A stretch of 60,637 nt of DNA, the filler included, from Hausera hauseri (Eukaryota), in assembly GCA_046269625.1 (NCBI GenBank). It is 11 parts of 11 records of this genome, joined end to end, with 100 filler letters (N's around TTAATTAATTAA, not from the genome) between each part and the next. Parts side by side here need not be neighbours in the genome. Positions count along the whole stretch, not along the records: positions 20,955 to 25,679 come from JBJURY010460578.1; positions 25,780 to 32,178 come from JBJURY010104543.1; positions 32,279 to 36,491 come from JBJURY010697326.1; 8 more parts are not named here. One strand, given 5' to 3'. Both the position numbers and the translations under genes were made by a program. The notes under the pieces were generated by a model. It did no database searches. It saw nothing but the letters and a program-made list of their open reading frames with translations, and had not been told where the DNA came from. Shown here piece by piece: positions 20,955-33,472 of the stretch (its first letter is position 1; every line of letters begins with the position of its first letter).

Positions 20955-23900
20955 AAAGAATCCTGGCTTAATTGAACGAAGTGACTTTGTGCAGACCTAA
21001 TTGTTTCGTCAGTTGGTGTGTTGTCCAAATCGGCGAGTTAAAAAAGTGCGCTAATTATGGTACCAAAAAGGGCTTCAGCGGGTGCGCAACCGGTGGTGGT
21101 AGACGGAGTGTTGCGCCACCCGAGTAAAACAAAATGGAGGATGGTTGTCCAATTCTTATGAGTTTAGGCCAGGATTTTTAACGAGATCTTGCGAGAGCGA
21201 TGAAAGTGTTCCAATAAACCGTTCGACTGGGGATGATATGGAATTGTGTGTATGTGGTTTATGCCTAGTCGATTAACTAAAGATTTGAATAAATTCGATT
21301 CATATTGAGGACCTTGGTCTGTAATTATTTAGCGGGTGAACGAAACCGGCTAATCCAAATTCTTATGAATGCATCGGCTATGGAATCTATATTAATGAAA
21401 CGCAAAGGAACAGCTTCAGGCCAACGAGGCGCGCGGTCCATCATTGTTAAAATGAATTGGTAGCCGTTATCGGAAGGTAATGGACCAACGTTATCTATGT
21501 GAACTGACTCAAAACGAAATGTACAGGGGAAATGAAATAATGGTGGCTTACGATATTTAGCTAACTTGAACTTTTGGCAAGCTGCGCATTGCCTAACCCA
21601 GCTCTGTACATCAGACCTCATCGATGGCCATGTTACGTGGCGTTTGAGAAGGCGGAATGTAGCCTTGTAACCTGAGTGACGCAAAGAATAACTTGTTGAA
21701 ATGCAGTTTGTTGAAGAGGAGGTGCCAAAGTTGGCAAATGTTGTCCAGGTATCGAAGTATCCATGGATATTCCATCGATGATTTGCACGGATTTATATTG
21801 TTTCAGAATTTCATTGCCAGGTGGATTTTTAATTAACTGGTCCTTTGAGAAAATTGGCGTGACGCTAATTGCACCGACTGACAGTGACAGGAAGTCAGCT
21901 ATTAAATTGTCTGTTCCTGAAATATGGCAAATTTTAAAGTTGAATGTTGAAAGATATGATATATGGAGTTCTTGTTACACCGATGGCTATTTCATATTCA
22001 TTACGTGAACGAGCGGTTTGTGGTCAGTTTGTATAGTGAAGGAACGACAGATAAACAGGTGTGAAAAATGTTTCAGCGCTAAAACAATAGCCCAGAGTTT
22101 TCTATCGAAGGTAGAATAGCGGCGTTCTTGTTGCTGTAGCTTGCGTGAAAAGAACTCTAACGGCTCGTTTGTACTTTGAGATATTTGATGATGAACCGCT
22201 CCTACTGCTGCAGTTGATGCGTCGGTTGTTAAAATGAGATCAGCATCAGGTTTTGGGTAGGCCAAAATTTTGACAATTTTGAGCTTGTTGCGAAGTTCCT
22301 CGAACTGGTTAAGAAGTTCTGCTGTCCAGTATATTAGCTTTTACTTTGGCCCTGCTCCTAGTTGAGCGAAAGCAGCAGTTAACTGGCTACAGTGCGGGAC
22401 GTATTTATGGACAAAATGTAGAGTCTCAAGGACACTACGCATATCAGTAGTGGTTTTTGGTAGTTCGATATTTTGGAGTTCATGGATTCTATCAGGTTCT
22501 GGACTGCGGCCGTCAGGTGTGATGACGTGGCCAAGGAAATTTACCTTTTTCTGAAAGAAGGAAAATTTAGAAAATTTCACTTGCATATTGTAGTTGTGCA
22601 AGCGTTCGAAAACTAGTCTGAAATGTTCTTCGTGTTGTTTTAGTGATGCTGATGCGACTAGTATGTCGTCAATGTATGGATATGAAAATGATAAACCTGA
22701 TAGAACTGAATCGACGTGCCGTTGGAAAGTTTGTGCCGCGTTCTGTAAACCCAACGGCATAAATGCGTACTCAAAAAGACCAAACGGTGTTATTATGGCC
22801 ATTTTTGGGATGTCTTCTAATGCTACAGGTATTTGGTGGTAGGCTTTTTTGAGATTTATGGTTGAATAAATCGTAGTCTCGTGTAAAGAGTGCAATATAC
22901 CATTAATCAGCGGTAGAGGATAAGCGTCCATGGTTGTGACATTGTTAAGTTGTCGATAGTCGCCGCATGGACGGAATGTGCCATCTTTCGTTGGAACGAC
23001 GTGAAATGATGATGCACAAGGTGATTTAGAGCGCTTTATGATTTGAGCTTGCTCAAGTGCAAAGAATTCTGCTTGTACTGCCTGTCGACGGCGCGGTGAA
23101 AGTGGACGAAGTTTCTGTCTAACGGGCCTAAGGTTTTCTGTGACGATATGATGAAATGTCGTGTTAGCCCGTCGAAATGTTGGGTCTTTTTTAATTGTAT
23201 GGAAACAAGATTTGGTTAAATATTGCTGCATTTCTTGGCTGAGCATTGTAAAGGATGTTGTTGTCGCGGCAGTAGTTTGATTAGAGTTAGTGTGTGAAAT
23301 GCTAGAGATTGAGTTGCCTAAATCATCCTTGTGAACGCTTTTTGTTCCTCTATTACCGGACTGCATCAAAAAATGTTTGATTATTTATATGGGTATTAAT
23401 GACGTTCTTATTTGCCTTAGTTGAAGGTTCTTTTAATATCGATTTTATAAGTGCGATACATTGCGTGACTTGTTGGTTATTTGAAAAGGTGGGTTTTGTT
23501 GGACTGCTCTTGATGATCTGACGTTGTCTACAATCTACAAGGAGGTTGTAGAAAGATAGGAAATCAGATCCAAGTAATGACGATTGTGTGTCGGCAACGA
23601 TGAATGTCCAATTGAAAATGTCGGGGAATGGTTGTAACGTGAATGAAACTTTGGATGTGCCGAAAATGCGTAAAGCTTGGCCGTTTGCTGTGTACAATTT
23701 GATGTTATACGGTGAGATAGATAGTGTTTTGATGGATGGCGGTAATAAGGAAAGCAGCAGTCCCTGAGTCAATGAGGAAATTGATTGGCTGATTTGGATT
23801 GGATGTTAAGGAGGCCTTTAATATGAAGGCAGCCTTTGTGCGGCTGTAGCAGTGACGAGGGTAGCCTTTGCCAGCGTGCGCCGGAACATCAGGCAGCTTT

Positions 23901-25020
23901 ATTAGTTTTTTTTTGATAGGAGGATTTTGGGGGTCAGGGGAATTACGATGGGATTGGTTAAGTCGACTGGAAAATGTGCAAACGTCGACGCAGTTTCGGG
24001 CTTTGTTACCGAACCTATTATAGTAAATGCAAACGATGTCGGATATTTGGAAGGCTGATGTATAGAATATGCATCCCACAAAACATTTTCTGGATTGGTT
24101 TCTGAATTTTTTGTGATAATAGCACACCATGGGTCGAGTGGGGGACCTAGCACATCTAGAATTTTGCGATGAGGCACGGCTGTGATTATGTGTGAATCGA
24201 TTTCGTCGTGGCATGGATAAATTGTCCAGTTTGGAAGTTATAGCAGAAATGTCTTGGTGTATTGCCATGTTTTCAGCTCGAAGAGTGATTATTTCATTAC
24301 TCAGCGCTAAGATTTCAGCATTGTGTGGTGTCATAGGCGGTTGTAATGTGGCTGCAACAATAGGAGTATGATGTGATTTAGTATATCGTAACTTTTATCA
24401 GCCACTTGTGCTAACTTTTCTAAAGTTGCGGTATCTTCAACTACTGTTAGTAAGGCTCGTATTTCTTTCGGTAATGATTGAAGAAAATATCTGCTCAATA
24501 AGTCGGCATTTTTGGTCTTGTTTACTCCTAACTTGCTTAATTTGGTCAAGGATGTTTGTAAGAAATCTGTAGGTTTCTGGTTTCTTATTGAATTATCGTT
24601 GAAATATTTTTGGATGATATTATACAAAGAAGGCTCAGTTAGTTTTAAGACGTGTTTAAATAAAGTCTCGTATGGGTCCACAGTTTGGAAGATTTCGAAA
24701 AGATTTGAGAGCAATGATATGATACTGGCTAGCAAGAGTATTAATAAACTATTTGCTTTGAAAAAAGGATCAGTAATGATATTTGATTTTAACCATTGTA
24801 CATGGAACTCTAACCATGTACGAGTGGAATGTTGTTTGTCGGTAAAGTAATTAACACAAAGGAAGCAGGCAGCTTGAAATGCTGCGGGTAGGACGTGAGG
24901 GGGTTTCTTTAGGGGAACATGTATGGTGGGAGTCTCACCAAAATCTTGTTGGTCCTCAGAAGATGCTTTTGGGTCAAATCCGCCTAGCAAACAGTAATGT
25001 GCAGTTAGTGTAGGTGTCAT
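20955..25020 (-). mobile_element. Decayed CsRn1/Kabuki-clade Gypsy element (gag-pro-RT-RH-IN)
   Basis: Gag CYYHKKF...C...C (CHCC); FLIDSG; RPCGDYRQLN; YIDD; LTTDAS...TFDR; VHIDNVGPLP. Multiple frameshifts. Confidence 0.9.
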
Positions 25021-25840
25021 ATATCATCGTGTATAGCTGATGATGTTATCGGATTGCTGCAAAAAGAATCCATTAAAGCTGATACGGAAATTATTCGGTA
25101 AAGCTTCTCGTTGTATAGCCCCGAACAAATGTGCGATAGTTGCTGTTTGATGTATATAGTATGTATGCGTGCGTTTATTTCCAAGTGAGAGTTAAAAAAN
25201 NNNNNNNNNGTATCCGGGTTGTAATGGTTTGTCTTTCTGACCGGGGAGATTACCGATTTGTGGTGCAATGATTTTTTATCTGCATTGCGACAAAACTGGA
25301 GAAATTTCGGACTATTGTCAAAATATAAGGTAACCAATTCTTCGGGTAAGATTTTATATGTTAAAGATTTGGTACATTCATTAATATATGTATAACAGAA
25401 ATATGACAGATTCATTGACTGGGGGTCATTTAATTGAGATATGGTGTGTGTGCGATGTGTATGGATATGTATATTTTGGAAGAGAAGATAGATAGAGGAA
25501 AAGACATGTTTATTTTGTAAGGAAAGAGAAATGGAGAAGAAGATATGTACAATTTCAGGGGTATAATGTGTCACCGGGGACCCGGTCGCAACCAAAATCG
25601 TTACGAGTAGGAGTTCCGTATATTCATCAGCGGTATATATTTTAAGTATAGTGGACAAATCTAAAGTTTTAATGGCTGTNNNNNNNNNNNNNNNNNNNNN
25701 NNNNNNNNNNNNNNNNNNNNNNNTTAATTAATTAANNNNNNNNNNNNNNNNNNNNNNNNNNNNNNNNNNNNNNNNNNNNATGGAATCGATGTTGGACAAG
25801 TACGCTGACATCATCTTCCATTCCTTCACAGCCGGACTAT

Positions 25841-26992
25841 ATGGCTGAATTAAGTAAAGATCTCGCTGAAAAAGTGACAAAGACTAGTATTAAGAATATT
25901 CTTCAATCTAGATTAAACCTAATATTGGACCTGCAATTCTATATACTTAAACCACTTCTGGTGGAAAAGATAATTCATTATCTTGGTGTCAAATATTTGA
26001 CAACTGCATTATGCATCAATAAAACTCGTGGCACCATGCAACCAGATGAAAGCACGTCTAGTGGCGAAGGGTTTATTAATAATATGTGCTGTCCTCCAAC
26101 GAATTGTAGTTCCGATCAAACTGGACAAAATCGATGTTGACTATTTAACTGTGAATTTGAACTTGAAAGGCGAATTTAGTTTAGGAAATCTTCTCAATGA
26201 TGAAACACGAATTTTTTTGACAAACAGTTATCATTGACTGAATTTGAACGCTTAAAAACAGAAAATCCAAATCCCGAACCAGTAAATTTTCATAGTGAAT
26301 GTTTTCACTTGGCTACACTCGATCATCATTATGGTATGTTAGGAACAATTCGGAAACAGAACCGCAGGTTTTCTGCCAAACAGTCACTTGAACGTAATGT
26401 TAACAAACTGTTTCAGATTGTTGATCAAGATCACTTAACACCCGCTCAACTCAAAATCAATAAAGCAGCATTGGAACGTTATCGATCCATGGTGAGTCGT
26501 GAGAAACGAGCCACTCTTTGTTCAGAAGTTATTTTGTTTCAAGAAATATCTCCGATCCAACCTTAACCTTCATATCCAAGTCGCCCAACTTATCACAATG
26601 ACTTTGAATTGCGATTCACCAACGGTTTCGTCGGCTTTGCTTAATGTTCACAGAAGTTTTAGTTGTTTGCCTCAGTTTCTGTTAGATGACATGGCCGATT
26701 TTCTTTTGTTCATCATTTTAAAAAAGCCCTATGTTTTTGCTTATGTGAGCGGATTTCGTGGGCTTTTAAGTTTTATTTTATTTATCACAACTCATGCCCA
26801 TTTGATAAAACCTCCATATCTTTTCTCGAAGTTTGTCGACGTCATATTTCCCTTTTTGCCCATTGTTAATAATGATCCTAGTTTGAATAATATTTTTCGA
26901 CTATTCATAAATCATTATGTGGTATCCTCAGGATTTCTTACAAGTCGGCTTACACAATTCTATATCGACGTCGAAAAAACTGATGCATCTCG
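25841..26992 (+). pseudogene. UBE4B: Ubiquitin conjugation factor E4 (UBE4B/Ufd2-like) fragment
   Basis: Ufd2-core-like motifs NFHSECFHLAT..HHYG, FSCLPQFLLDDMADFLLF, LIKPPYLFSKFVDVIF and LTQFYIDVEKT, spread over three frames and truncated. Confidence 0.75.
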
Positions 26993-27783
26993 GTGGATTT
27001 AAGGCACAGAAGATTGTTGATTATTCGCCGACCAAATCCGGTCATACTCCCTCGTTCATTCTGTAGTTCTTATTCGGGTACGTCCATTTTCCAGTTGCAT
27101 TTTAAATTAACATTATTTTGGATGATGTCTCGATATATTTTGCGTTTGAATATTTTATCAGGATTTTCCACTTTGTCCAAAGATATCCTGAATGTCATTG
27201 CTTGTACAGTTTCTGGTCAACAAGGCGAACTTAAGCATTTGTGAATCATTTTCCTTTATTTACAATCGGAATCCTGCTGAAAGTTCTGGTTACCCTGCCG
27301 TTAAAAATCAGTTGTTATCAAAAAATGGAAAGGAGGCGAAATAGCTGATCATTCGTTTAAAATGCCAAGTGTACAAATTCCACAAAGTCCCCGGTTACGC
27401 GATGTTTCAGTTGGCGTTGTTAGTGGCAACAGACGGAGATTTAAACCCCGTATTCGATAAAATCCGAAAGGAAATTAATTGGGTCCACTGCGAAAATAAT
27501 TAAAGGACCTTTGAAGGTAAATTTGGTTACCTCGAAATTTGGACCCGCCGCGGCGACGCTGAGGTCCCGACCGCCCACCTTGCACCATTGGGTCAGACAG
27601 CACTGTCCGTTGCCGCCCCACAACACTGCCCCGGACATACCACCTCTCCTACTCCATGGTCTTTTTTAAGTAAAATATATTCATATATACACAGCATCAC
27701 ATCTACACATTGCGGCCATTCACAACTTCATCTCTACCTTACTGCACTCCTCTGACTTCTACCTCACATACAATGGATCTGTA

Positions 27784-30700
27784 GTGCCTTTTGCTGGACC
27801 CCTCCAAACTTCTACAACTTGTATCTGCCTTCACATGCACTTCCGTATCCGCGATGGCATGGATTCATCACCCACAATTGATACCACGGACAATCTCACC
27901 AAACCACAGATCCCTGTCATTCACTTAACCAAACAAAGCGCTTCAAACACTGACACAACACACACTCCTCACTCATTCACCCTGCACCGAATACTTCCTT
28001 GACAGCCAAAACTCTACTCAAACTTGACTAAAACTGCACCATTTCTTGCTCCAATCACAAAACGTCGTCGACTCATTATCCAAAGCCAACAACCTTTTTT
28101 TCCACTTACCAGCTTCCATCAAAACTAAAATTACTAATATCATCGATATCCTTCATCACACCGACCCATATACTCAACTTTATAATGCCGTTTTCAAGCT
28201 TACTGAGCCGTCAATCGATTCCATCATTCAAAGGTTCTTCAACGATAACGTCATAGGCCTTCAGAAACCTTATGAATTTTTACGCATATCCTTGTCTCAC
28301 CTCAACACCCTTGGCGTAACATCTGAGCATAGTCCAGAACTTATTCGTCACTATTTTTTAAATGCATTGCCCCTTCAAATAAGAGCTTTGCTTACCGTGG
28401 TCGAGGAATCCACGGCTCTGGACAAGCTAGCCGAACTGGCAGACAAAGCATATGAAGCACTGCACTCACACACAGCAGTAACTTTCTCTGCGGCATTAAC
28501 AACAAACCAACAACAACAAAATGCAATGCTGTAGCAACAAATTGCGCAAATACGCACGGAAAATGAAATGTTACAGAAGACAATTAACAACATAAACGAA
28601 AAATTAAACGAATTAACGCTGCCTCGACGGGGTTTTTCTAGGGCTGCTTCCCCTAATGTATTTAATCAACGTCAAAGACGGTCGCCTTCGCCCGCGCTTT
28701 CATCTATTTGCTATAATCATAGCAAATTTAGTAACAATGCTCAGAAGTGTTGCATTGGTTGTAAATTTTACTCCCCCGATTTTAACACAAGCAATATCGT
28801 TTGCATATATTACTCAAAGTTTGGAACAAAAGCACAAAAATGTCTACCTGGCCGTAACTACAACACACACAATAAGACCAACACTACTAAGCTAACACAA
28901 AACAGTAGGCCAAACTCACCAGCTACAAAAAATTGATTTCGCCGCTAGGACACACGACAAGTCCTAGCAAAGGCAAAAACCCGCAAAAAGACAGCCAACA
29001 CATCTCTTTTGCTGTATTCACGTTGCACGCAGCAGTCGTCACTCCAACGAAACAAAACATTAACTTTCTTATAGACACCGGCGCAGCAATCTCTTTAATG
29101 CCACCAACACAACACATCCAAAACAATTACGCTTCACAAAAGCAACTGTTTACTGCGTCCGGTAAACCTTTACAAATTTTTGGAATTACCAAATTAACGT
29201 TCACTCTTCCAAACCTCCCAAACACATTCACATGGAAATTTACAATAGCCAATGTACGCACACCTATATTTGGTTTAGACTTTCTGTCCCAGTATAATTT
29301 ACTTGTAGATTGCAAAGAATGTTCCTTAAAGTGCGGAAATAATCTCAATCAAATTAGCAGCATTTCGGTGACCATCCGGCCGATCGCTTCCAACAAGTCA
29401 ATACTGAAGCAAACGACTTCCAATTTAAATTATTTTTATAATAACTCATTATAGAGAAATTTTTAGTACGGTGAAAAATACTATATTGCCAACTGCGTAG
29501 CACCTATTACTGATAGCACAGGTGCCAACACCATCTTCAATACCAATATCCTGCATCAAATACCACCCAGTCACAACAGCTCGCCTATAACTCATACCTC
29601 AACTGCATCCAGTCAAGATACATCGACATCATCGGATAACTTTTCATCGTTGCCTTCTGATCTACAGCAATACATTTCGTCTTCCTGCACGCGTCTGTTA
29701 CAGAAGGACAAATCATTCGTATCACCTCAATCCACCTTCCACCCCATAGTAACAGCACATGAAAGACCAATACGTTAAAAAGTCCGCTCGTTATCGCCTC
29801 GCTGCAGACATGCAGTGGAGGCTGAGTTTCTCGAACTGGAAAGATCAGGCATAATCAGAAGATCCAAATCCCCCTGGTTTTCACCACTACATGTGGTTCC
29901 AAAAAGATGGTACCTTTCGCCCATGCGGTGATTACCGCCAACTCAATATCATAACTACAATGGATGCCTACCCTCTACCATTAATCAACGACATCCTACA
30001 CAGGTTCTATGGTTCGACCATCTTTACTTCCATTGATTTACACAAAGCATGCCATCAAATCCCAGTAGCCCAGCAGACATTCTGAAAACGGCTGTCATTT
30101 CACCCTTTGGCCTTTTCGAATACCTCTTTATGCCTTTTGGTCTCCGTAGCGCTTTCCAGACCTTCCAAAGGCATATTGATACAGTCCTATCAGGTTTAGA
30201 CTTCGCTTATACCTATATTGATGATATCTTAATTGCATCATCTTCCTCGAAACAACACTCCGAGCACTTAGGTCTAATCTTTCAGCGCTTGCACCAAAAC
30301 AATTTGCAAATTAATTTCGCCAAATGCTCCTTTTATCAACATAAAGTGAACTTCCTAGGACATGTTATTAGCTCCTCCGAACATTCACCTCAGCCAAACC
30401 GCATCACACAGCTCAAAAACATACAGCTACCACGTACATCAACAGAGATGCGTTATTTCCTCGGAACCTTGCACTTTGTTCATAAGTATGTTCCACACTG
30501 CTCCTCTCTAACCGCTCCATTTGCATTACGAAGCTCTGGCAAGAAGAAACAGCCTATTCAGTGGACCGCCAAGCTAGTCAACGCTTTCGATCACCTCAAA
30601 GACAATTTAAAACCGTAGAAATCCTGGCCTATCCAGACTCCCATGCAAAACTTTTCTTAACCACGAACGCATTTACAACAGCTGCAGGTGCTATCCTCCA

Positions 30701-32178
30701 TCAAGTCAAAAATGGATCCCATAAGCTATTAGAATTCTGTTCTCGAAAATTCACGGCACAAGAGCAAAAATATTCCACCTTTGACCGAGAGTTGCTCGCA
30801 ATGGTCCTTGCCGTAAAACACTTCAAACATATGCTAACTGCACGAACTTTTACAGTACAAACGGACCATAAGCCCTTGTTTCAAATTCTCACCATGAAAT
30901 CACCTTCTGCATGTCAGGAGAGCAAATATCGTATTTGTCCACATTTAATTTTGAAATTAAGCACCTAAACGGAGGCGACAATTTAGTAGCTGACTTTTTG
31001 TCCCGATCGGTCAGCTCAATTGATTTTACACCAATTTTCCATCAATCCAAACTTTAACAAAACCAGCCACCTCCAGACATCCTTAAATCTTTTAAATCGT
31101 GCAAAACCATCGACGCTGTGGCCTTTGACACTTCCAAACCTAATAATCCTAAAGTCATACTTTCTGATTCGCTTCAAAAAGAAGCATTCAACAAAATTTA
31201 TTCATTGCATCATCCCGGTTCCAAGGCCACTTTTCGACTTTTAAAACGCCAAGTAATATGGCCGTCGATGCGCTCTGACGTGCAGGCATGGGTTAGGCAG
31301 TGTGTAGCATGCCAAAAATACAAAGTTACTAAGCACCTAAAGCCACCACTATTTTATTTTCCCTGCACGTCTCGTTTGGAATCTGTTCACTTTGACCTTG
31401 TAGGCCCATTACCCTTAGACAACGGTCATCAGTTCATCCTCACAATGATGGACCATTCCTCGCAATGGCCAGAGGCTGTCCAGCGTCGGAGCACTAACAC
31501 AGAAACAATCGCAGACACTTTCATCCGCACTTGGATCAAAAGGTTTGGATCACCTCGCCACATCATTTCGGACCAAGGCCCACAATTCGAATCCAACCTG
31601 TTTAAGGCCCTTGTCAATCGATTGGGAATTAACCACATTCACAGGTCACCATATCATTCCGAATCGAATGGCCTTCTCGAACGCTTTCACCGAACGATGA
31701 AAACGTCTTTTAAAATTCTTCCTGAGTCAAATCGCAGTTGGACCACACTCCTTCCGTACATTCTGCTTGGCTGGCGGAACACACCGTCTACTTCTACAGG
31801 CTGTTCACCTGCAGAAGCATTATTTGGCACTGCCATCAGACCATTATTCGAGTTGACTGTGCTGGACAATACCCCTATAGACGAAATCATACAAGCGTCA
31901 CAGAGACATTTTGTTGAGATCAGCAAAGATTCATTTTGCAGACTGTTACACGCAAATAAACTTTACATATCCGACGATTTATACACTGCCAAGTTTGTTT
32001 GGCTCAAGAATCAGATGCCGTGCGGTTTTCAACCTCAGTATGTCGGCCCTTACAAAGTAATTCGCTTACACTCCTACAACATTATCATTCTCAAAGACGA
32101 AAAAGAAGTAACAGCTCACATCAATAACGCTAAGCCAGCCTTCTTCATCGACGATACGTCTCCCATCGAAGTCACTTC
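27784..32178 (+). mobile_element. Decayed CsRn1/Kabuki-clade Gypsy element (gag-pro-RT-RH-IN)
   Basis: Gag similar to 24331..25020; CYNHSKF...C...C; FLIDTGAAIS; RPCGDYRQLN; YIDD; TFDRELLA; VHFDLVGPLP...SDQGPQFES...NGLLERFH...GPY. Confidence 0.92.
28927..28974 (+). promoter_or_regulatory. Putative -1 ribosomal frameshift signal (gag/pro-pol)
   Basis: Slippery heptamer A_AAA_AAT (28927-33) directly before the gag TGA, a 7-nt spacer, then stem GCC-GCTAGGAC...GTCCTAGC-aaa-GGC. The protease ORF is in the -1 frame. Confidence 0.75.
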
Positions 32179-32278
32179 NNNNNNNNNNNNNNNNNNNNNN
32201 NNNNNNNNNNNNNNNNNNNNNNTTAATTAATTAANNNNNNNNNNNNNNNNNNNNNNNNNNNNNNNNNNNNNNNNNNNN

Positions 32279-32745
32279 GCGGTAAGTTCGGAGCAGTGCC
32301 GCACATACTTGTGAACGAAGTGCAAAGTGCCCAAAAAGCTCCTCATTTCGGTTGTTGTTCGAGGTAGCTGCACATTTTTAGGGCTTCAACTTGATCGGGC
32401 TGAGGTGAGTGACATTCGGAAGAAATAATGTGACCAAGGAAATTTATACGTTTCTGGAAAAGTGACATTTGGCGAAATTGAACTGCAGGTTATACTGGTG
32501 TAAACGTTGAAAGATTGATCTGAGGTGTTCCTCGTGTTGTTGAGTCGAAGAGGAAACAATTAATATGTCATCGATATAGGGGTGAGCATATGGAAAATCA
32601 GAAAGTATAGCATCAATGTGGCGTTGAAAGGTCAGCGCAGCATTCCGTAGGCCGAAAGGCATGTACAGATATTCATAAAGGCCAAAAGGAGCAGTTACGG
32701 CTGTTTTTTCGATATTTTGAGGTGCTACAGGAATTTGGTGGTAGG
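32279..32745 (-). pseudogene. pol: RT fragment of a CsRn1-type element, interrupted by a nested insertion
   Basis: YHQIPVAP...MPFGLRNAALTFQRHID...YIDDIL; begins exactly at the LTR boundary at 32746. Confidence 0.85.
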
Positions 32746-33098
32746 TGTAGAAAATAATTCCAATGTAATAAGTGAATCCAATGAGAAAGGATAAATTCCG
32801 ACGAGAAGAGAATAGACGAGAAACAATAATTTATTCATTTCAAAACTAAAAATTTTTTGTCAATATATTAATCAATTCATATTTTTTATATCTTATATAC
32901 ATACTATATACACATATTGTATACAACGCTAGCAACGTCTTTAAGGATCTATCCACTAGTAATTATCATTTCATTCCAAATAAAAAATCGTCCAAAATGT
33001 TCATGTTTCCGAAAAATGTGTCGTATAGTCACATGGTGGGGACAGTTCTCTCACCGATCCACTAACCCCTCCAGTGCGACCACACCTTAGGCACTACA
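32746..33098 (-). repeat. 3' LTR (353 bp) with a polypurine tract at ~33099-33110
   Basis: Termini TGTAG...CTACA; GGGGGGGGTGA precedes it on the minus strand; lies downstream of the integrase. Confidence 0.8.
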
Positions 33099-33472
33099 TC
33101 ACCCCCCCCGTGACAAGATGAAGACAATGAAGAGAAAAAATAAATGGAAATAATAGCAGGAAAAAAGAGAGCTTGTACCTATTCGGTTTTGGTACGTGTT
33201 ACACGTTGGACTCCATCTATGAACTTCGCACTGCTGTAAGTACTAAACGTCACATGACGTGATCTGTTAGATATTGCTGGTACTTGTGGAGTCGTTTGAG
33301 AGAGATGCGGTAGACTTTGTGGTGTTTAGGCAGGATGCTTCATAAAGAGGTGAAAGTGGAGAAGAAGCGGAAAATGGAGAAGGATCGCACGAAAAAGGCA
33401 AAACTAAAGCAGGAAGCGAATTGTACGATGAAGGTGACATGATAGCAGGATGAGTGTGTGTGTAGGTAATAA

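Noticed and set aside
27285-27545. tRNA-Trp-like PBS candidates (TGGTTACC...) upstream of the plus-strand CsRn1 element
   Set aside because: Two partial matches, neither next to a clear LTR end.
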